Shown: positions 55,690 through 64,000 of the stretch, one piece after another
Position numbering within the stretch: position 1 is the stretch's first letter
Layout of the letters: each line of letters begins with the position of its first letter
IMG/VR virus record: IMGVR_UViG_3300032073_000001
Strand: one strand, 5' to 3'
From: an uncultured virus (IMG/VR IMGVR_UViG_3300032073_000001)
Lineage: Duplodnaviria > Heunggongvirae > Uroviricota > Caudoviricetes
Length of the DNA stretch: 64,000 nt
Notes under the pieces: generated by a model
Database searches by the model: none
The model's input: the letters and a program-made list of their open reading frames with translations, nothing else
Told to the model about the DNA's origin: nothing
Translations under genes and position numbers: made by a program

Positions 55690-57384
55690 TTATGTACCGG
55701 AGATTTCAGAGAAATCTACACCGGTTCTAGTTGCAATAAAGTTCAAAGTTATGAAGTTAATCGATCTCGCAGGTTTGATAAAGATATCAGCTACGAATTG
55801 ATTAGTGTCAATGATTTGACCTGTGTTATTAGTTGTATCGCAGACAACAGAAAAATCTGTTATTCCTCTACGACCCTTAACGTCTCTCAAAAACGGCTCA
55901 ACCAAGTTTTTAAACTGAGCTCTTGTGAATTCGTCATTGAATTCGAAGAGTTGTGCTTTTGCAGCAGTTGAGATTGCTTTTTCTAAAGTATTAAACAATC
56001 TACGTACGTTAATACGATCAAATGCTGAAGGCTTAGAAAGCAATGTTTTGTCACCAAAAAGAAGTGTTCCTTCTCCTGGGAATGAGACAATTGGATTAAC
56101 CCTTGCTTTATAGAGAGTATCTCTATCAGCTTTCTTAGGATTATGTGCCAATTTCGTTACACCAAATAGTTGACCTCTTGTTGCTCCTGCAGGTGAGAAC
56201 CATGCATCAGCAGTTCGATCAGTTGCTGCACAAAGACCAGCAATGTGGCCAGCTGCACCAATCCATCTATATACGTCATTATATTTGTCATAAACATAAA
56301 TCGCAGTAGAATCGGCTGAAGCATAAGAACTTGAAGTGAGCGTGTCAGCCCAAGCTTTTACATCAGCAGCAGGTGTAGTTGCGTTAACTGTGTCATCTAG
56401 TGGTGGTGATACAAATGCCATACAATCTTTTCTTGCAGCTGCAATAGAGATTAAGTCATTTGATATCGTGTTTCCTGATGCATCTGGATATGCAAATAGG
56501 AGTTGTACATCAACAGTTTCAGCATCTTCTAACAGATCGAAACCTGTTTGAATTTCTGCGGCTGTTGGTGTATTATCATCAGAACCACCGCCCAAAGATC
56601 TACCTAAGTAGTCTTGGTCAGAGTTTGATGAAAGTCCAGTAAATGAAGCTGACGCAGAAATTGCGTTACCTGCTTCAGATAATGTACCGTGATGATCCAT
56701 CCATCTAATGTAGTTTGAACCTTGATTGATTACATCTACATAATAGTTAGAAGTTCCATCGTCTTTTTTAGCATCTGAACCTTGCGATACAAATGCGAAT
56801 GTTTCTAAAACTGTTCCAGCAGTTCCAGAAATTAAACCGTCTTCATCAATGACAATTACGTGAAGTTCATCACCAATACTACCTTTATTTAATGAAGTAG
56901 CATAATTAGATGTTCCAGGAGCAGAATCAAAGCTTGATGCGTGCGTCCAGCCGGCAAATAAGTTGCCTTCTGTACACATTGCTACTTTTAAACTATTTCC
57001 TAAAGCACCTGGGTATTTTGCTGCCCATAAACCTATAGAACCTTGACCGGTTGCATAGTTGTTGGTGTAATGATCGTCATTTTTGATAAGAAGGCCCGAA
57101 CCGTCAGCAGTCGCGTTATCGTGACCACTGGCAACTCTTACTACTTTCAGCGCGTTACCGTATTTTAAAAATCCGGCAGCGGTTAGAAAGTATTTATAAG
57201 TACTGTTATCCGGTGTTCCGAAGACTTCAGCAAGCTGCTTTTCAGAGCTTACATCTATTACTTCTTCCACAGGACCCCAGTTAAATGAACCAACAGTTCC
57301 GCCAATACTGGTGGAGACCGCAGGTACTACGCCCGTTGCGTCAATTTCCTTGACTTGGACGCCTGGTGATACTTGAAATGCCAT
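55690..57384 (-). CDS. 18: tail sheath protein gp18
   Basis: SPGVQVKEID, WFSPAG, FDRINVRRLF, KPARSINFI. Confidence 0.96.
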   Translation of the reverse strand: MAFQVSPGVQVKEIDATGVVPAVSTSIGGTVGSFNWGPVEEVIDVSSEKQLAEVFGTPDNSTYKYFLTAAGFLKYGNALKVVRVASGHDNATADGSGLLIKNDDHYTNNYATGQGSIGLWAAKYPGALGNSLKVAMCTEGNLFAGWTHASSFDSAPGTSNYATSLNKGSIGDELHVIVIDEDGLISGTAGTVLETFAFVSQGSDAKKDDGTSNYYVDVINQGSNYIRWMDHHGTLSEAGNAISASASFTGLSSNSDQDYLGRSLGGGSDDNTPTAAEIQTGFDLLEDAETVDVQLLFAYPDASGNTISNDLISIAAARKDCMAFVSPPLDDTVNATTPAADVKAWADTLTSSSYASADSTAIYVYDKYNDVYRWIGAAGHIAGLCAATDRTADAWFSPAGATRGQLFGVTKLAHNPKKADRDTLYKARVNPIVSFPGEGTLLFGDKTLLSKPSAFDRINVRRLFNTLEKAISTAAKAQLFEFNDEFTRAQFKNLVEPFLRDVKGRRGITDFSVVCDTTNNTGQIIDTNQFVADIFIKPARSINFITLNFIATRTGVDFSEISGT

Positions 57385-57465
57385 CGCGTTTACCTCTCAA
57401 TGAGTTATTAGTTATATTAAGTCCACATTATACGTTAATTAACCTTTCGGTTACATTCATACTTA

Positions 57466-57473
57466 TATTTATA
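57466..57473 (-). promoter_or_regulatory. T4-type late promoter
   Basis: TATAAATA. Confidence 0.8.
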
Positions 57474-57485
57474 ATATTCTATATT

Positions 57486-59099
57486 CTAGAAAACACCTGT
57501 ATGTGGACCGTTTTGTGTTTCAAACCATACTTGACCATCTTCATCTACTTCCATTTTCACTTCTTCGGGGTCGTCATTTACATAACCAAATGGAATTACG
57601 TCATCTTGTATAGCTTTTAATTGTTCTTTATATAACATCTTTTTCATTTCGATATCTGTCATACCTAAAAAGATGTCTGTTGTAGTAAACCAACCAAATA
57701 AAACGAGATTCATCATTAAATCATCGTGATTTGTTAACGATGCTTCATATGACTGACCTTTTGCCACAAAGGTACTCATTTCTACGATTGTATTTGCGTC
57801 CACTATATGTATTTTTCTTTGTTCTATTAAATCTTTAATATTTGAACATCCAATACGTTTTACTCTTCTCGTCATTGTAGCACCAATTGCATTTGACTTA
57901 ACTGAAGATTCTACAAACATATTTTCATATTCTAAATCATAATATAAACCATTACATACTAATTGACCAGCGTCATTCGATTCTATTATAACATAGGCTT
58001 TATTAAATAATTCAGCGTACTTATATATAAGATCTGGAAATAACAATGGAGATATTGTGTTATCTCTAAATACTGCTACTTGTTTAAACGGATTTACACT
58101 AATATCAATAACTGTAAAAGTTGAATAATCTTGCCCTCTTCCTTTTGCAACATCAACTGTCATTACATATTCATGATTTTGTAAAGGCATTTCGTAAACA
58201 TATACGTTTTCTTTTACCAATACAGGTTCATGCATCTTTTGTTCTAATAATGCATTCGCATCAATAAGTGTCCCGCCCCGGCCTAGGAAGGTATTTCCAA
58301 ATTCTTGATCGAATTGTAGTTCAGATGTGTTAGCAATTGTTAATGCTTTCCAATCATCGTCTCTACCTGGAACATCCCACCAGTCAACTCTAAAGGGCTT
58401 AAACTCATTATCCCCAGAAACTGCACCTTCCCATAATTTATGGAATATATTTCCTACACCATTTGCAGTAGATGTGATTATAATTTTTGTATCAGTACCA
58501 GATGAAATTACCGGATATGTTGATGTATAGAATTCTGCATCGTTTTCTACAAATGCAAACTCATCCAAAAATAATAGGTTAACAGATAATCCCCTAATTG
58601 ATGAACCAGATGTTGCGGTTGCAATTATACGAGAATTGTTTGAGAATTCAATTGAGCCTTTATTAAGAGCCTTTGTTCCAGGTTGTAAAAAGAAAGGAAT
58701 ATGTTCTAATGCTAATGTTACACGTGCTAACATCTCTCTTGCAACAACACCCTTATTTGCAAGAATAGCAATAGTTTTTTCAGAATGAAATAAAGCATAC
58801 CATAAAAGATATACTACACTTGAAATAGATTTACCACTTTGTCGACATGCTAAACACATACTAAAGCGATTAGCATTAAAGTGATGAAACATTTGTTCTT
58901 GATATGGATATAATTCAAATGGCACTAAACCATCATCAAGAGAAATAATTTTTACATACTTAGTTGCAAAATATGCAGGATCTTCCATGCATTTTTTATA
59001 TTCTCTGACTTGTTCAGCTGTAAAACCTTCTTCGACACCATCACGTTTTACATTGACATTGCCAAGATATCCAAACTCGTTATTCTTTATTCTCGGCAT
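57486..59099 (-). CDS. 17: terminase large subunit gp17
   Basis: RQSGKS, LDEFAF, TSTANG, DVAKGRGQDYS, HDDL. Confidence 0.96.
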   Translation of the reverse strand: MPRIKNNEFGYLGNVNVKRDGVEEGFTAEQVREYKKCMEDPAYFATKYVKIISLDDGLVPFELYPYQEQMFHHFNANRFSMCLACRQSGKSISSVVYLLWYALFHSEKTIAILANKGVVAREMLARVTLALEHIPFFLQPGTKALNKGSIEFSNNSRIIATATSGSSIRGLSVNLLFLDEFAFVENDAEFYTSTYPVISSGTDTKIIITSTANGVGNIFHKLWEGAVSGDNEFKPFRVDWWDVPGRDDDWKALTIANTSELQFDQEFGNTFLGRGGTLIDANALLEQKMHEPVLVKENVYVYEMPLQNHEYVMTVDVAKGRGQDYSTFTVIDISVNPFKQVAVFRDNTISPLLFPDLIYKYAELFNKAYVIIESNDAGQLVCNGLYYDLEYENMFVESSVKSNAIGATMTRRVKRIGCSNIKDLIEQRKIHIVDANTIVEMSTFVAKGQSYEASLTNHDDLMMNLVLFGWFTTTDIFLGMTDIEMKKMLYKEQLKAIQDDVIPFGYVNDDPEEVKMEVDEDGQVWFETQNGPHTGVF

Positions 59100-59502
59100 T
59101 TACTTCTATTACGTCATCCTTTGCGTTTAACATTCTTTGTAAGTCTGCTGTACTTCCAACAAACACGTTGTTATTTGTGACGTTTCTTTCCTGTTCATCT
59201 TTTTCTTTATTTAATTGTTTTTTAGTTTTTTGAAGGGCCATCAATTTGTCAGTAACATCAGCAATGTTCTTAATTGAATTACTTAATACCTCAAATGCTC
59301 TTGGATGTTCAGACTCTCTGGCTAATTCAGCCATCACATCTAATGATCTTGTTCCAGTATGTATTAAATCTTTATATGTGGCTCGTGAAAAATCATAATC
59401 ATCTTTTATGTCTTTTTGATCAATAAGCTGAGTACTTAACGAGGTTTTTTTGCTAGGCAAATTTTTTGCGAGACTATCTTCTATTTTCTTTTTCTTATCC
59501 AT
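59080..59502 (-). CDS. 16: terminase small subunit gp16
   Basis: DDYDFSR, SEHPRAFEV, FVGSTADL. Confidence 0.92.
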   Translation of the reverse strand: MDKKKKIEDSLAKNLPSKKTSLSTQLIDQKDIKDDYDFSRATYKDLIHTGTRSLDVMAELARESEHPRAFEVLSNSIKNIADVTDKLMALQKTKKQLNKEKDEQERNVTNNNVFVGSTADLQRMLNAKDDVIEVNAENKE

Positions 59503-59513
59503 AATATTTAACC

Positions 59514-60530
59514 TTATGTGTATGATGCAACTGTGATTGTCGCTCCAGACGTTGATCCAGTTAACACTTCACCAATATTCAACCATCCGCTAGGAGCAGC
59601 AACAGTAATAGTACCAGCTGTAGGATTAGTTGTATATGCAGTATTACTTACTTCCATTGTATTGTTTGATACGTTAGAAGTTATAGTTTCACCCATTTGA
59701 AAAGTACCGCTTAATACAGTACCATATATTGCGAACGATTCAGGAACTCCAATAGGATCATACGTTGTAGTAATTTTGTACTCGTTTGCTCCTGGAGATC
59801 CAGCTGTGATTAATGTATCATCTGCATCTGCAGTTGTTGGATTAATACCTATATTAATTCCATAATATTTTTCTGCAGTATTATCTTTATCGTAATAATC
59901 GATATCAATTTCTTTTATAACTTTGCTATTTGTTGTAGGCCCAAAGAATCTCATCTTCATTGTAAAATCTAATGTATATGTAAGTACTCTTCTCGATACA
60001 AAATCCCCTTCGTACTCATCATTAATAGCAGTTCCTGTTAATACGATAGGAACATCTTGTTTATATGACCAACCATTAATTGGTTTTATAGTAACCGTGT
60101 ATTCTGGTTGAAAATACGGTAGAATTTGTTCTAATATTTGTAAACCATCATCTTGGTTTTTAGCCATAATAGTCAATTGCATATTAATATTATATGGCGA
60201 CATATGCTTAACTGTTTTCTTTTTATAAGAATCTGTGGCATGTTTCTCAGAAACTACGGCCATTTTATTTAATTTTGATGCGCTATCTTGTTCAATACCG
60301 GTAATTTCAAATGACATTCTTGGTAATTTTAATGCCATACTTGAATCAATTCCATCACCGTCTAATCTGGCCAAAAACTTTTGTTTAGGTCCATAAGATA
60401 GTGGTACTTTAATTTGGTTTAATACTCCACCAGATCCGTCTAAACGAATTACTGATATATTATTAAAAATTGTACCGAATACCGCTACAGATTTTCTTAA
60501 AGTTGAATGATAGAAATGAGTTCCAAACAT
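59514..60530 (-). CDS. 15: tail sheath stabilizer gp15 with C-terminal extension
   Basis: VPLSYGPKQKFL, LPRMSFE, EQILPYFQP. Confidence 0.92.
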   Translation of the reverse strand: MFGTHFYHSTLRKSVAVFGTIFNNISVIRLDGSGGVLNQIKVPLSYGPKQKFLARLDGDGIDSSMALKLPRMSFEITGIEQDSASKLNKMAVVSEKHATDSYKKKTVKHMSPYNINMQLTIMAKNQDDGLQILEQILPYFQPEYTVTIKPINGWSYKQDVPIVLTGTAINDEYEGDFVSRRVLTYTLDFTMKMRFFGPTTNSKVIKEIDIDYYDKDNTAEKYYGINIGINPTTADADDTLITAGSPGANEYKITTTYDPIGVPESFAIYGTVLSGTFQMGETITSNVSNNTMEVSNTAYTTNPTAGTITVAAPSGWLNIGEVLTGSTSGATITVASYT

Positions 60531-61468
60531 TAGTAATTATCCGATGGATCACCAAATGGATTTGATTCAGTGAAGTCTAAGAAACCGTCGGCTTCAACTT
60601 CAAATGTAACACTTCCAGATTGATCGTCTGTTGGGTCAACGTATATACTATTATCACCTATATCGTAAACCTTAGTTATAGTAATTGTATTTGCTGATGT
60701 TCCTCCAACTGCTGTAAGAGTTGAAGACTGTATAAAGTCTCTTGCTTCTGCAACACCAGATACACCAATATTTGATACTCCTATTCTTCCTGTAGTAGTA
60801 GACAGTTTAGTGAGTGTTTGTATTTCACCGAATACAGAAGTTGCAGGATCTGTAGTTAGTATTTGTGTTAACACTTCACCTTGTTCTGGATGTGCATTTG
60901 CGTTACATGTATAATCGATCGTAACTTGATATGCATTAGTTACTTGTGCTACATCTATTTCTCCTACACCAGTTTCGAAATCTTCATCGTTATATTCGTA
61001 TAAGCTACATTGTAATTTATAAACGGGTAAGTTAGATAATTGATAAAAAGGCTGTTCGTGTTCGACAAAAGTAATTTCGAAGAATTTATTTGTCATAGGC
61101 ATAAATAATATATCGCCTTCTAAAGGTCGTGGGCTTACAATGTTAGAAACATTCCAAAATCCAACATATTTTTCCCATTGTCTTTTAGAAATAACAAATG
61201 TGGCTTCGTCTCTTATTTCTAAACCAAATTTAGAGAATAGATCACCTTCTCCTTCAAAACCTTCAGCGTTTTCAATATAAGCTTCAATCATATACGCATC
61301 ATTGAATTTAGATGCTCGATCTTCGCCTAATACAAAGTCACGACTAACCATAGTTCGAGGCATATAATATACATCTTGGCCATAAATCTTTAATGATTCA
61401 ATTACCAAATCTTCGTATAAATTTTGCTCGGACTTTACGGCCTGAGAAAAGTAAACTGATCTTGCCAC
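60530..61468 (-). CDS. 14: neck protein gp14
   Basis: SKFGL, EGD, VEHEQPFYQL, DFTESNPFG. Confidence 0.92.
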   Translation of the reverse strand: MARSVYFSQAVKSEQNLYEDLVIESLKIYGQDVYYMPRTMVSRDFVLGEDRASKFNDAYMIEAYIENAEGFEGEGDLFSKFGLEIRDEATFVISKRQWEKYVGFWNVSNIVSPRPLEGDILFMPMTNKFFEITFVEHEQPFYQLSNLPVYKLQCSLYEYNDEDFETGVGEIDVAQVTNAYQVTIDYTCNANAHPEQGEVLTQILTTDPATSVFGEIQTLTKLSTTTGRIGVSNIGVSGVAEARDFIQSSTLTAVGGTSANTITITKVYDIGDNSIYVDPTDDQSGSVTFEVEADGFLDFTESNPFGDPSDNY

Positions 61469-61471
61469 GTT

Positions 61472-62446
61472 TTACCCCGTCATGAAGTCAATTGGATCTT
61501 CCCAATTGAGTCTTGCTTCTTCTTCTAATTTTAGTATCTCTTCGTTTGCGTCATCAAATAGTTGTCGACCGTTAAATGTCACACCTCCAGGCATTACCAT
61601 ACCTTCGAATTTGATTAAGTTCGCTCCCCATTGTCTTTTTATTAATGCTGTCGCGTATCTTTTCAAATAATAATCGTTATAAACATCAGTGTATGTTGCT
61701 GGATCTAGTATTCGCTGACATTCTAATATTAGATATGTTTCTCCTGCAACAGCTTCTTTTTCCCAATTCATATCAATTCTAATCGTATTTCTATGACGAT
61801 TGAAATCATAATGATGATCATCGCTATCGATAATAAGATCTACCATTGATAACCATTGTTGTGAAATTTCATAATTAACTAAGCTTCCTAAATAACCTAA
61901 TGAATATATATCATTTAAGTGTAATTGATACTTGATATCAAATAAGGATGCTGTAGTTGAGGTATCACTAATTGGAAATATACGAGTTACATTTGTAACC
62001 AAATCAGGAACATCTAAATATCCTTTTTCTATATCACCAAGTGTTATACTACTTACGGTTGCAGTTGTTCCAGAATCTCCACCTGTTATTGTTTCATTTG
62101 CTGTAAATGCAGTAACAGTTTCATGAGTAATATAAGGATAATACAATTTAGTACCGGTAGAATCTTTATGAACAACAGCAGTTGCTCCTGATGTTCCTCC
62201 AGTTATTGTTTCTCCTACGTTAAAGTTACTTGCAACAGAAGTTGTTAATGTTAAATACGAAGCTGTTACTAAATGCTTTAAAAACACTTTTTCTACGGCA
62301 TCACTGTGATATTCGTTATAAAATTGAAATGCTTCATCGATTCTGTCATCGACTTGATCATCATCAACATTAATTTCAATCACAGGATGACCTAAAGCTC
62401 TTTTGCAATAAGTTATAAACGTCGCTCTTGAATTTGGTTTTGCCAT
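61472..62446 (-). CDS. 13: neck protein gp13
   Basis: LGHPVIEINV, KRQWGANLIKF, PGGVTFNG. Confidence 0.92.
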   Translation of the reverse strand: MAKPNSRATFITYCKRALGHPVIEINVDDDQVDDRIDEAFQFYNEYHSDAVEKVFLKHLVTASYLTLTTSVASNFNVGETITGGTSGATAVVHKDSTGTKLYYPYITHETVTAFTANETITGGDSGTTATVSSITLGDIEKGYLDVPDLVTNVTRIFPISDTSTTASLFDIKYQLHLNDIYSLGYLGSLVNYEISQQWLSMVDLIIDSDDHHYDFNRHRNTIRIDMNWEKEAVAGETYLILECQRILDPATYTDVYNDYYLKRYATALIKRQWGANLIKFEGMVMPGGVTFNGRQLFDDANEEILKLEEEARLNWEDPIDFMTG

Positions 62447-62465
62447 ATTATTCTCTCTATATTCT

Positions 62466-62473
62466 TATTTATA
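62466..62473 (-). promoter_or_regulatory. T4-type late promoter
   Basis: TATAAATA. Confidence 0.8.
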
Positions 62474-63665
62474 CGTCCCAATCGAGAAATACAAAATTGT
62501 ATTGTACTCCACTTTCAAATGTCATACCGACAGATGGCCAAACAACATCAACATAATCATTTGATGCATCATACGCAGTTATGGTTGCATCGTCCATATC
62601 TAATACGACATAACCGCGTTGCCCAGTGTTGGTGTTCAAGTTGGTATAGTCGGTTGCAACTAACAGCTGATGCCAGCCTGCAGTACTGCTATTGCCGCTT
62701 TGCGCTGTACCACTACTAGATGCTGAAAGACTGCCAAGTCCATTCCAATAATTATTTGTTCCACCAGTATTAAATCTTATATGTAATTTATTACCAGTTA
62801 CATTTGCTGAATAATCATTTGTAGATGATTGAAACCAGTTTCTTGTCATAAAGGCGGTAATTGCTCTATCAGAATTTCCTCCGCCTAAACCATTTTCGCC
62901 TAAACCGACATAACTTGGATTAGGCATACTGCCCATATTTTCTCCCCAACTAGAAGAAGTTGCATATCCTATATCGTATTCGTGGTTATATAAAACTGTG
63001 CCTTTCCCGCCTCCCTGAGTCCAAGTTCTATTAGTACTTTTAGCTCCGGCAACAAAATATCCACCATTCAATTGATCTAAATCGCCATTAATATCACTCG
63101 CAATACCTTGCGGCTGATTGAAATCGCTGGCCGATATTTCTCCTTCATTAGAAACTGTACCAGAATCTTTCCATCCCGGACGTATACCCGCCCCCGGGTA
63201 CATATCTGAAAATGAAATTTCATCTGCACTGGCCAATGTTCCTTTGTATTTGGCTCTTGCAGTGCTTATCGACGGATTTGTGACCAATGCATTACCAGGA
63301 ACAATACTTTGTCTATGATAATAATATAAAAACCCGCCAAAAAAACCAGTGTAGGTTGTTTCTTGAAATGTTACAGACCAATTGGTCGCGCTATTGCCGA
63401 TCGTTACATACCATAAATAAATACTATCATCTCCGTTATACATGGTCCTCTTAGTACCCACAGTACAACCAACAGAACTAATAGTGGAGGGCGCACCTGT
63501 AGTTGTACCATATGCATTATTATCAGCCATAGTTCTCCATATTACTAGCAACTTTTGTCCAGGCTGGACATCTTGTGTTATGTTAGCTGTAGTTGTCGGG
63601 GCAAGAGCAATTCCTGTAACGGGAGAAACTCCTACACACATGACTACTGGCGTTACTAAACTCAT
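62469..63665 (-). CDS. probable virion structural / fibre-like protein
   Basis: Gly/Ser/Thr-rich; EISFSDMY and EISASDFN repeats; next to neck genes. Confidence 0.55.
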   Translation of the reverse strand: MSLVTPVVMCVGVSPVTGIALAPTTTANITQDVQPGQKLLVIWRTMADNNAYGTTTGAPSTISSVGCTVGTKRTMYNGDDSIYLWYVTIGNSATNWSVTFQETTYTGFFGGFLYYYHRQSIVPGNALVTNPSISTARAKYKGTLASADEISFSDMYPGAGIRPGWKDSGTVSNEGEISASDFNQPQGIASDINGDLDQLNGGYFVAGAKSTNRTWTQGGGKGTVLYNHEYDIGYATSSSWGENMGSMPNPSYVGLGENGLGGGNSDRAITAFMTRNWFQSSTNDYSANVTGNKLHIRFNTGGTNNYWNGLGSLSASSSGTAQSGNSSTAGWHQLLVATDYTNLNTNTGQRGYVVLDMDDATITAYDASNDYVDVVWPSVGMTFESGVQYNFVFLDWDV

Positions 63666-64000
63666 ATGTTAAACTCCAATTTTTTCCAAACAACCGAATT
63701 AAATGTAACATCTGACCAAATCGGTGTTTTAAACAAATCATCAGAAGATCTTATTTCGGCTTGTACATTAACTGCATCTATATATGTTGTACCTGGTTTC
63801 ATTAAACAATGCCATTTATTAACACCTAAATTTTTAAAATGTACAGCTTCTATTTTTAACCAATCTGGGTCATAATACCAAGATTTAGACCCTGCTGTGT
63901 TTTTTCTAAGCAATTCAATATGTGCCCAGAAATAATTACTTTGATCTTCTTCCTCATCTATCCAAGGTTTTTCTTCTCTTAAATTTCCTATACGTAGGCC
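63662..64000 (-). CDS. partial hypothetical protein (5' end outside window)
   Basis: frame is open to the window edge. Confidence 0.6.
   Translation of the reverse strand, partial: GLRIGNLREEKPWIDEEEDQSNYFWAHIELLRKNTAGSKSWYYDPDWLKIEAVHFKNLGVNKWHCLMKPGTTYIDAVNVQAEIRSSDDLFKTPIWSDVTFNSVVWKKLEFNI

Noticed and set aside
57366..57620. 84-aa plus-strand hydrophobic ORF
   Set aside because: Spans the AT-rich gene 17/18 intergenic promoter and overlaps both genes; no RBS
190..63875. Numerous plus-strand ORFs in the track (e.g. 680-1054, 12986-13420, 16770-17210, 22539-22958)
   Set aside because: Antisense shadows of well-supported minus-strand genes, with no RBS or recognisable motifs
1..64000. Alternative genetic code or stop-codon recoding
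   Set aside because: Core genes are full length under the standard bacterial code and no suppressor tRNA is present

Overview
A 64-kb segment of an AT-rich (roughly one-third GC by eye) T4-like myophage genome, almost entirely coded on the minus strand. It holds the head/tail morphogenesis block (gp13-gp23, gp3), recombination and late-transcription genes (uvsY, uvsW, gp55, gp46/47), two tRNAs, the replisome (gp45/44/62, regA, gp43, uvsX, gp41), nucleotide metabolism (nrdAB, glutaredoxin, thyX, dCMP deaminase, MazG-like) and RNase H. Spanins, a TorF-like porin and an IbpA-like Hsp20 point to a Gram-negative, probably proteobacterial host (inference). Most notable: (1) a 7-gene operon (23.9-29.6 kb) joining a T4 gp42-type dCMP hydroxymethylase to enzymes resembling the thymidine-hypermodification toolkit (two paralogous 5hmdU-kinase/transferase-like proteins, a PLP enzyme) and a possible beta-glucosyltransferase-N-domain/SGNH fusion, i.e. 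a candidate non-glycosyl cytosine hypermodification pathway; (2) a late cluster of about a dozen proteins with T4-style capsid-targeting N-termini, including a ligase-like enzyme, a nucleotidyltransferase and a PD-(D/E)xK-like nuclease; (3) regulatory DNA/RNA: 12 TGTACA-N17(16)-TATAAT promoters, one pointing antisense with no ORF, a ROSE-like thermometer on Hsp20, other structured leaders and an 81% GC patch inside uvsW. All protein calls come from motif recognition and synteny; no database search was run.
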